Shown: piece after piece, positions 54,676 to 64,000 of the stretch
How positions within the stretch are numbered: position 1 is the stretch's first letter
Layout: every line of letters starts with the position of its first letter
DNA from: Eledone cirrhosa
Lineage: Eukaryota
Assembly: GCA_964016885.1 (NCBI GenBank)
Contig: OZ024740.1
Location: 136,524,001 to 136,588,000, forward strand
Length of the DNA: 64,000 nucleotides
Reading direction: 5' to 3'
Made by a program: the position numbers and the translations under genes
Notes under the pieces: model-generated
Database searches by the model: none
What the model saw: only the letters and a program-made list of their open reading frames with translations
What the model was told of the DNA's origin: nothing

Positions 54676-55802
54676 CAATATATAAGCAGTTTTATAAATA
54701 AATTTGACGTACCATAAAATATTGATCAACTTCCATTTAAAAAAAGTTGGTTTGGTAGTGAAATGTTTGTAAATATTTAGTGTTAAGCACAGTTAGAAAG
54801 AAAGACGGAGAGAAGGAATAAATGTATGTAAAGAAAAACAGAGAGAGATAGAGAGAGATATGGGAGAGAGAAATAGTGAGGAGGTGAAAATGAGAGGCAG
54901 CTGAGGCAACAGATGAATAATAATTCATCATACAAATTGAGAGATTTAGGAGGGAGGGAGTACTGTAATTATTTATTTATTTATTTATTTAGTTATAGTG
55001 TTAAGGAGACAGAGAGAAATAAAAAAATAACTAAAGAGAAAACAGCGATACTTAAATTACATCATGTATAGAGGGAGGAGAAGAAAGCTATATCTAGAGA
55101 GAAGGATGACAGATTTACAACTTTACGTTATGTCCTATCAATTTGAATTATCAATTCATATGAATTGGGTATTATACTGTAAATATCAATATTCATGAAT
55201 GAGACATAGATATATATTGTGTGAAAAATAATGACCATATGTTTAGTTTAAAAATTCTTAGGTCGATATACCAAAACCTGAGATAAAACTTCAAAAATAC
55301 ATAAGTATATATGTACTTTCCGGAAAAAGAAAGAAAGAGAAAAAGAGAAGGTCATGTCAAGTTCTAGTTGACACTATAGATATACACGTGAACATACGTG
55401 ATCAGCTCTGTAATTTCTTATTTCACATGAAAAAATTTTCCTTTGCGTTATAAAAGATTTTACTATATATATATATACATACATACGCATACATAAAAAT
55501 ATATATTAATATTAATATTCCTGCCCTCACATACATGATTATCGTTCATGTATAGAATAGACAACAGATATCAATATATCAAAACGCCAAGAATACTTTC
55601 ATCACTCCCTAGAGTATCTAGGGCCTTAAAAAAAACACAGTATGCCCCCCATATCAACCACAGAAATCAACCCTTCCAATTTATCTGACAATATATTGCC
55701 AAGTTCATTAGAAGCAATCAGAATCAAAAGCAAACAAAAAACCAAAATTATTCAACAAGACACCAGTTCCCTTCCACAAGTTTAAGTTAGGTAAACCATG
55801 TA

Positions 55803-55871
55803 AGTTTTTAACTTGCTGTATCACCCTGTCTAGAATGTTTTTGCTAAGGGTGATACAGCAAGTTAAAAACT
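55803..55871. repeat. 25-bp perfect inverted repeat
   Basis: agtttttaacttgctgtatcaccct (55803-55827) / agggtgatacagcaagttaaaaact (55847-55871). Confidence 0.85.
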
Positions 55872-55918
55872 AAATATAAGAGCATCTGTAGAACAACAGG
55901 GTCTCCTAAATCTTTTAA

Positions 55919-56698
55919 ATGATTTCTGCTAAATATGTCTTGTTGAATAATTATTTACCCCCCCCCCCCCCCCCCCACACAAAAAAAAAAAAAAAAACTA
56001 ACCACAATAACAGGAAAAGGAAAATTATTTGGTTTACACCCTCCTTCTCTGTAACTGTCAAAACTAATGTAGGAAGGAAATTCCTTGAATTCTTAGATAA
56101 ACATTTTCCTCCTAATCATAGATATTATAAGATATTTAATAGGAATGTAGTTAAGATCAGTTACTCTTGTTGCCCATCTATGAAGTCCAAGATCACTAAT
56201 TCAAATCATACGAGAACAAATCCAGGATGCAGTTGCAGGAAGCCGGATGAATGCCCATTGCAGGGCAAATGTAACACCAAATCTGTTGTTTATGAGGCCA
56301 AAGTAACACCTTTAATCAACAACCAGCCAGCCAGGAGTGAACGATATGTCGGCATGACCCAGGACAGGTTTAAAACCAGGTTTTATGCACATGTCGCTTC
56401 TTTTAAGCACTCCGATAAACGAACAACAACGGCCCTCGCAAGTAAGGTGTGGGAATTCAAGGATAAAAACATCCCGTACTCTATCGATTGGTCTATTTTA
56501 GACCATTCGAGGGAGTACCAAAGGGGCACAAAGAATTGTTCTTTGTGTACCACAGAAAAATATAGGATTTTGCTAAACTTGAAAGCCACTTCTGCTTGCC
56601 TGAACTCAAAGACCGAGATCTTCAGATGTTGTCCTCATCTGAAATCACATCTGATCTGTAACTGGATTGACACTCCTATGATAACTCAACCACCTTGA
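55919..56698 (+). pseudogene. Naiad-type PLE linker + GIY-YIG endonuclease fragment
   Basis: RKRKIIWFTPSFS, KHFPP, KISYS, CSCR..CPLQGKC, VVY..YVGMT..FKTR..H, CSLC..E, LNSKTE..CPH. Confidence 0.9.
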
Positions 56699-56971
56699 AC
56701 TCCTTTCCTGCTCTTTACTTCTTCTACGGTTTTTTTACCTGCTGAATCCACGTTCTGTACTCTTGTATTCACTTTCTCCCTTATCTACCCTTATATTTCA
56801 ACATTTTCCTATGTCATCCCCCCCCCCCCCCCCTATTTTTTGCCTTACCCTTCACATACCAAAAATTTGTTTATTTTTAGATATTAATTTTTTATATAAT
56901 GGTTTTGTGTGTTTTTATATAATAGCCTCAGAAAAGGCTTGAGCTCTGCCGTAGGGTCAGACTTTTTCCTA

Positions 56972-57027
<56 letters not shown>

Positions 57028-57062
57028 TTATAAGAATCAAAGAACTGTTCAAAACATTTTTA

Positions 57063-57109
57063 TGCTTACAACTGTTTCCTCCAAACCGAGGTTTGGATTC
57101 TTCGGAGCA
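57063..57109 (-). ncRNA. type I hammerhead ribozyme, CCGAAGA core variant
   Basis: Mirror copy of 57657-57703. Confidence 0.72.
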
Positions 57110-57656
57110 ATTTATTATTGAATGAACACTTATATGACCTCCTTTTCACCCAAGAGACATACAGATACATATGCAAATATTGTGGGTCAACATTCATTAC
57201 AGCATTTAGTGTGGCAGTACACATTTAGAGATTACATTCATATTAAAAGATACAATCAAAAATACAGGTTAAAATACAACATGAAATTAAGCGGTTATAG
57301 AGTGCAATGGTTATATGTGTGGCAAGCACGTGCGTCTTGTTTATATAGTGTGGCAGAGAGTTACGTGTAATAGAAGCACTTAAGCAGGTAATCAAGAGTG
57401 TTAACACTCTTGATTACCTGCTTAAGTGCTTCTATTATGCTTGCCACACATATAACCATTGCACTCTATAACCGCTTAATTTCATGTTGTATTTTAGCCT
57501 GTATTTTTGATTGTATCTTTTAATATGAATGTAATCTCTAAATGTGTACTGCCACACTAAATGCTGTAATGAATGTTGACCCATAATATTTGCATATGTA
57601 TCTGTATGTCTCTTGGGTGAAAAGGAGGTCATATAAGTGTTCATTCAATAATAAAT

Positions 57657-57703
57657 TGCTCCGAAGAATCCAAACCTCGGTTTGGAGGAAACAGTTGTAA
57701 GCA
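57657..57703 (+). ncRNA. type I hammerhead ribozyme, CCGAAGA core variant
   Basis: TGCT-CCGAAGA-atccaaacctcggtttggag-GAAA-CAGTTG-TA-AGCA. Confidence 0.72.
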
Positions 57704-57904
57704 TAAAAATGTTTTGAACAGTTCTTTGATTCTTATAATTCATATAACTGCTCTGTAAATCATCTGATGTTATTACATTGAGCTATTTAACTTACTGGTA
57801 ATAAGGTAGTAATATATTACTGCCTACCACTATTTAGGGTTTATAAAAATATATATAACTACAAAAGGTTTTTGTATTTGCATAACCATAAATAGTATAA
57901 TTAA

Positions 57905-57943
<39 letters not shown>

Positions 57944-58314
57944 AAAGAATAGAGGTGTAACACACAAGTTATTATATATTGGTAAACGGAATAGAAAATG
58001 CTGACAAATTGTTCACAGTTGAAAAATGGTTTAATTAGGAATAAAAGAGTATTAGTAATTGTATGGGTTAGTATTCAGTTGTGGTTTTAAGTTTTTAAGC
58101 TTTTACCGGTTGCACATTCCTAAATGCTTTTCAAAAATAATTTTGAGATAGAGTGTCCGTGTTGTTTGCTCAGATCAGAGCAAACAACACGGACACTCTA
58201 TCTCAAAATTATTTTTGAAAAGCATTTAGAAATGCGCAACCGGTAAAAGCTTAAAAACTTAAAACCACAACTGAATACTAACCCATACAATTACTAATAC
58301 TCTTTTATTCCTAA

Positions 58315-59948
58315 CTAGCAGTAAAGCCCGGCGTTGCTCGGGGTCGCTCAGTAGCTGTGTTAAAGTTACAATGTTAAGTTTCTTTTTTGGCTTAAAAACT
58401 GTAGTGTCTACTGTGCAGACTTGCATGTGGTGTTTTTGATTAATATTCCCTCAACCAACAATATGCCTTATGAAGTTAAGAAAACATAACGATAACCCGA
58501 ATGTTATAACAAAAGAGGATGCTGGGGATAAAAACTGCACTGGTTATTTATTAACAAACATCGAAAATGTAAACACTGCAACGCAAAGAAAAACAGCGTA
58601 ACCAAATTATCAGTTATGTCTGTCTGCACGCCTATATCACCTCTCTGCACGACTGTCTGTCTGCACGCCTATATCACCTCTCTGCACGACTGTCTGTCTG
58701 CACGCGTATATCACCTCTCTGCACGCGTATATCACCTCTCTGCACGACTATCTGTCTGCACGCGTATATCACCTCTCTGCACGACTGTCTGTCTGCACGC
58801 CTAACGAAATTTACAGATACATATATTTTAAATAAACTTATATAATTTTTGCTTTTTTTTTACGAAATATTTGCTTGTTTTACGTAGTCTTTAAATAGAC
58901 TTGTTTTCAAGTAAAAATATTGTTTTAAAAGGCTTTTAAATGGAAATGAAGCAAAACGGAAGCTTAGTGTTCGAACTGATGAAGCTGTGTTAAAGTTACA
59001 ATGTTAAGTTTCTTTCTTGGCTTAAAAACTGTAGTGTCTACTGTGCAGACTTGCATGTGGTGTTTTTGATTAATATTCCCTCAACCAACAATATGCCTTA
59101 TGAAGTTAAGAAAACATAACGATAACCCGAATGTTATAACAAAAGAGGATGCTGGGGATAGAAACTGCACTGGTTATTTATTAACAAAGATCGAAAATGT
59201 AAACACTGCAACGCAGAGAAAAACATTAGCGTAACCAAATTATCAGTTATGTCTGTCTGCACGCCTATATCACCTCTCTGCACGACTATCTGTCTGCACG
59301 CCTATATCACCTCTCTGCACGACTGTCTGTCTGCACGACTGTCTGTCTGCACGCCTAACGACGAAATATTTGCTTGTTTTACGTAGTCTTTAAATAGACT
59401 TGTTTTCAAGTAAAAATATTGTTTTAAAATGCTTTTAAATGGAAATGAAGCAAAACGGGGTCGCTCAGTAGCTGTGTTAAAGTTACAATGTTAAGTTTCT
59501 TTTTTGGCTTAAAAACTGTAGTGTCTACTGTGCAGACTTGCATGTGGTGTTTTTGATTAATATTCCCTCAACCAACAATATGCCTTATGAAGTTAAGAAA
59601 ACATAACGATAACCCGAATGTTATAACAAAAGAGGATGCTGGGGATAAAAACTGCACTGGTTATTTATTAACAAAGACTGAGAAAGCCAGCGTAATTTTT
59701 TACGTAAGACGCTCAATGTAAACAGAACAAAGGGAAATAACTGATAACTTACGCTCAAAAATCGATACATTATATTCGATTTCGTCACATAGGGTGGGTC
59801 AATTTGAAATTTTTTTTTTCCCGATGTCTTCGCTAGGGCTCAATGTACAAGTATAGCAATTTCGGTGCAATTCCGTGAGAGATTCTAAGAGGAGATGTGT
59901 GCCAAAAATCGATAGACAGACAGACAACCACAGTTTTATATATATAGA
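58315..59948 (-). mobile_element. non-autonomous Helitron
   Basis: Minus strand begins TC and ends CTAG; subterminal hairpin cccg-gcgttgct-cggg (58327-58342); inserted between A and T with no TSD; three internal subrepeats (58341, 58983, 59457). Confidence 0.9.
58617..58802. repeat. ~37-bp minisatellite inside the Helitron (also 59250-59356)
   Basis: Unit tgtctgtctgcacgcctatatcacctctctgcacgac. Confidence 0.9.
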
Positions 59949-60010
59949 TTAAACCATTTTTCAACTGTGAACAATTTGTCAGCATTTTCTATTCCGTTTA
60001 CCAATATATA

Positions 60011-60770
60011 TATGTATATATACGTAATTGTATGTGTGTTTGTATTTCTGTTGTTGGGTTTTTTGTGTGTGTGTGTGTATGTATATATATTTATGTGTGT
60101 GTGTGTGTATATATGTATATATGTATAAGGGTGTATGTATGTGTGTGTATGTGTGTATGTATTTGTGTATGCGTATGTATGTGTTTATGTATTTGTATAT
60201 GTATATTTATGTGTGAGAGTGTGTGTATGTATTTATTTTTACGTATGTATGTGTGCGTTCATTTGTGTGTATTGCTTACCACGTGTGTTTGTTCATTTAT
60301 TTGTTGCCTGTATCGCTGTCAACTTTATAATAGTCTTTATTTTCTTTTATCATTATATATATATTTTTTCTTATATTTATTTGCGTGTGTGAATATGTAG
60401 AGGTGTGTGTATATTTTTGTGCATGCATATGTATGCATGTATATATGTGTGTGTGTATGTATGTACGTGTGTATATACGTATGATTGTATGTATATGTAT
60501 GTGTTATTGGCTACGTATGTGTATGTGTATGCATATATATATATTTATATTTCTATATATATATGTATATATATGTGTGTGGTTGTATATATGTATGTGT
60601 ATGTATGGATATGTTGATATTTATGTGTGTATGTATGTGTATATGTATATGTATGTATATATATATACACATATATATGTGTATATGTGTGTGGGTATGT
60701 ATGTGTGTATGTATATATATATGTGTGTGTATGTATATAATTGTGTGTGTGTGTTTGCATGTGTGTTTTT
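60011..60770. repeat. (TG)/(TA) low-complexity tract, possibly a PLE 3'UTR
   Basis: TGTATG-rich; precedes the HHR at 60866, as the TG-rich 22300-22800 tract precedes a pLTR. Confidence 0.75.
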
Positions 60771-60865
60771 ATTTTATTTTTCCTTTCCTTCCTTCTCCAG
60801 CCTCACTTTCATATAGATTGCATTTTTGTTTTTAGAATCCAATATCAATAAATACACCAGGATTT

Positions 60866-60925
60866 TTTCATGCTGATGATTGAAAGCAACATTTTTGGCT
60901 TTTAAGAAACCACTGGTAAATGGAA
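60866..60925 (+). ncRNA. type I hammerhead ribozyme
   Basis: TTTCATG-CTGATGA-ttgaaagc aacatttttg gcttttaa-GAAA-CCACTGG-TA-AATGGAA. Confidence 0.78.
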
Positions 60926-61013
60926 TAATTGCCTTATGTTGTTTATTACATAACTATATTATATATATATTATATATATATATTTTATATATATATATTA
61001 TATATATATTATA

Positions 61014-61079
<66 letters not shown>

Positions 61080-61117
61080 TATATATATATAAATATATAT
61101 ATATATATTATATATAT

Positions 61118-61149
<32 letters not shown>

Positions 61150-61273
61150 TATATATATTATATATATATATTATATATATTATATATATTATATATATTA
61201 TATATATATGTTATATATATATTATATATATATATATTATATTATATATATATATTATATTATATATATATAT

Positions 61274-63370
61274 TACACATCCAGCGGAGCATGCAAGCTT
61301 CGTTCCTCTCCGGTCTGCGTATATCCTCTGCACACAATGCCCAGCTCTCACTGCCTTGCAACATTGCTGTTCGTAATGCAGGCATCATACAGCCTGCCTT
61401 TCATTTTTAGGGAGAACCCTTTAGCGGCTAATAGTGGTATAAGCTCTCTGAACTTTTTCCATCCAGTTCTGACTCTAGCTACTGTACTTTCAGAGCACCC
61501 TCCCCCACTGCTGATTTTGTCACCCAGGTAAAGGAAGCTGTCCACTATTTCTATAGAACCATCTGTGCACTGGAATGAGCTAGTATTCTGTGGGCACTTG
61601 CTGCTACTTATTGCACCAGAGCACCGGCCACATATAAAATCTATATTCTTAGTTAGCTTACGTGTGATCCCACTACATTTAATTAGTCGTGCTAATATCC
61701 TTTCTGCCACTTTCATAACCTGATCTATCAGTTTTATACCCCTATAATTGCTCCTCTCCAGAGCATCCCCTTTACCTTTGTAGCAATTTATGAGAATACT
61801 GCTGCACCAGTCTTTGGGTATGACACTACCATATATAGCCTGATTGATGATCCCTGCAACCAGTTTAGTGCCTACGTCCCCTGATGCCTTCAGCAGCTCA
61901 GCAACTATTCCCGATGGTCCAACAGCCTTACCATTTTTCATTTCCCTAATCGCCTCTTGGACCCTATATTCGTCAATCTCAATAGCTGGTCCCTCTGTCG
62001 GGTCTACTAAGGGTAATTTCTCTCTCTCCCATTCGTTCTCCACATTCATCAGTCTCTCATAATGACATTTCCAGGCCTCCTTTTTCTGATCATTCGTGAC
62101 ACTAAGTACACCGGCATCATCCCGGACACATTTATCTCCAACAACATCCTGATTTGCATTGACACACTGACTTGCAATGTGGAACACCGCACGCCTCTGA
62201 TCTTCCCGTCGCAGAACATTGGCAAACCTCCTACTCTCAGCCTCCCTGCGTGCTAAGTACACCTGACGTCTAGCTTCTCTCTTAGTGGCTGTATATTCTT
62301 CCCTACTCCCACCCTTTTTCCAAGCCTTCCATGCTAGTCTTTTGTCTCTAATGGCCTTATCTACTGTGCTGTTCCACCACCAGGTCACTCTCTGTCTGGT
62401 TGGAGCTCTGCTCCAGCCACAAGTTTCATCAGTAGCCTGCAGCAAGTTGTCACGTAAGAAATTCCAGTTATTATCTATGTCATACGTCTCTAAATCGTCT
62501 TCTTTTTCGTCATATACATCTTGAAGGGCTTTCTTAAATTTGTATTTTAGTGAAAGGTCTTTTAGCTTCCAGAACTTTCTTCTCCACACCTTCCTATATG
62601 TCTCATGCCATCTCTTGCTTACTGAGATATCACTAACAACTAACCTATGCTGTGGGGTACATTCTTCCCCAGGGTATGCCTTGGTATTAGACACTATCTG
62701 CCTGTCCCGCTGCCTAACTAGTAAGAAGTCAATCTGGCTTATGTCCTCACCAGATTTGTAGGTTATTAGGTGATTGGCAGGTTTCTGGAAGTTTGTGTTG
62801 CAAATAGTCAATGTACCTGCATCTCAAAATTCAAGAAGTCTCACTCCTTCTTCATTTCTTGAGCCGTAACCGTGCCCACCATGTACCCCAGTGTAACCAT
62901 CCTGGAGCTGTCCAACATGACCATTGAAGTCTCCTGCTAGTATAACGATGTCTCCGTCCTCTGTCATTGCGGTTGTTTGTAAAAGTTGCTCGTAAAAGCA
63001 GTCTTTCTCATTTTTGCCTAGGCCTGCTTGGGGAGCATAGCCCGAGATGATTATCAGTAGTCTCCTGCCTACAACTAATCTAAGCTTAATTATTCGATTA
63101 CTAACTCAAACTACCTCTATTGTCTTATTGATCCATTTCTCAGCCAGGAAAATGCCTACTCCCCCTAACCCATCATCCTTACCTACCCAGAATAGCTTAT
63201 AGCTAAGACGTATGCTTACGACTAGTCTCGCAGAGGCACCTCTCCATTTCACCTCTTGCACGCAGCACACATCCACCTGCCTTCTCTCCAGCATATCCGC
63301 TATTTCAGCAGATCTACCTCTGAGAGTGCCAACATTAAGTGTTGCAACTCTGAGATGCGACGTCTTCATA
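61274..63370 (-). mobile_element. chimeric decayed RTE: divergent EN/RT-N half (61681-63370) fused to a family A C-terminal piece (61274-61680)
   Basis: ATLNVGTL, CVQEVKW, QIDF, PQHRL, NYRGIKL run straight into KCSGITRKLTKN; RT core (YADD) missing. Confidence 0.88.
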
Positions 63371-63432
63371 TTTTGTTTTTTTTCCTATTTGTTGCTGTGC
63401 TGATAAATAAAATATATATATATATAAATAAT

Positions 63433-63494
<62 letters not shown>

Positions 63495-63498
<4 letters not shown>

Positions 63499-63900
63499 GA
63501 CGTAAAATAAGAAAATTTTAAAAATTAAAAATCAACTTACTAAAATTTTATTTTTATATGAGTCCCTAGTGTCCGCGCATTGCCTGGAGACTTAGCTGAG
63601 AATAGACTCCCTGATGACGTAATGAATTCTCGATGGTTACATTGCGTAACTATCTTTATCCCATTACAGAAACTAATTAGTTGGAGTGAAAATTTTAGTA
63701 AGTAAGTTGATTTTTAATTTTTAAAATTTTCTTATTTCACGTCTTTCTGCATCCTCCTGCATTGAACCACCTAGGTACTATGACATAACTTGTGTATTTG
63801 CTAGCATTAGTGTACATCTGTACGCAGAAGGTAAATATGATTAGTTGTCTGTCAGAAATAGAAAAATCATTTACAAAACTACGCTGGAGCCTCAAAAGCA
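63495..63900 (+). mobile_element. HHR mini-element with short inverted arm
   Basis: Arms 63495-63549 / 63689-63747 enclose the HHR; unpaired tail follows, right boundary approximate. Confidence 0.75.
63606..63687 (+). ncRNA. type I hammerhead ribozyme with extended stem II
   Basis: ACTCC-CTGATGA-cgtaatg..gatggttac attgc gtaactatc..cattaca-GAAA-CTAATTAG-TT-GGAGT. Confidence 0.87.
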
Positions 63901-64000
63901 AAAACAAAAGCAACAATATACGCACACACATATACAACACACATCCCAACAACAACAGACACACAGACACAAACAACAATAACAACAACACACACACCAA

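Larger units (their letters stand above)
57022..57910 (+). mobile_element. spacerless palindromic derivative of the 30793-35244 PLE family
   Basis: Fold-back centred at 57402/57403 (gtgtt|aacac), arms 57022-57402 / 57403-57745 with an ~40-bp indel, tail 57746-57910 homologous to 35081-35244. Confidence 0.9.
57973..60010. repeat. ~200-bp-arm palindrome interrupted by a Helitron
   Basis: Left arm 57973-58171; right arm 58178-58314 resumes at 59949-60010. Confidence 0.9.

Noticed and set aside
21641-56698. Selenocysteine (in-frame TGA) recoding, as known for some Naiad PLEs
   Set aside because: The conserved Cys positions I translated in the EN fragments are ordinary Cys codons.
57995-58040. 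CTGACAA-stem-GAAA motif in the 57973 palindrome
   Set aside because: G8 missing, stem I weak, and orientation opposite to the other elements.
58617-58802. 37-bp repeats as a CRISPR array
   Set aside because: No unique spacers, no cas genes, eukaryotic context; it is a minisatellite inside a Helitron.

Overview
Eukaryotic (animal) repeat-saturated DNA with no recognisable host gene. The SINE and RTE repertoire suggests a cephalopod such as Octopus, but that is inference. A scaffold of degenerate (TA)n microsatellite separates nearly every island of complex sequence, and most ORF-track entries (I/Y-rich) are artefacts of it. The islands contain: RTE-clade LINEs (one intact 1081-codon EN-RT-PHD ORF plus many 3' fragments of 3-4 families); two CR1-group LINE copies (one near full length, with a Myb/SANT-like plus CCCH ORF1); RTE-tailed tRNA-derived SINEs; a non-autonomous Helitron; a 3610-bp tandem duplication; and many Penelope-like element (PLE) pieces, including one near full-length Naiad-type RT+GIY-YIG element. 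The main hidden signal, found by reading, is 17 intact or near-intact type I hammerhead ribozyme (HHR) motifs from about 10 sequence families, plus decayed copies. Most lie in the arms of short, ORF-less palindromic mini-elements in the (TA)n tracts. One mini-element reconstructs to a ~310-nt circularly permuted, retrozyme-like monomer. Variants include a repeated CCGAAGA core and a ~100-nt stem II. Coordinates were counted by hand and may be off by a few bases.
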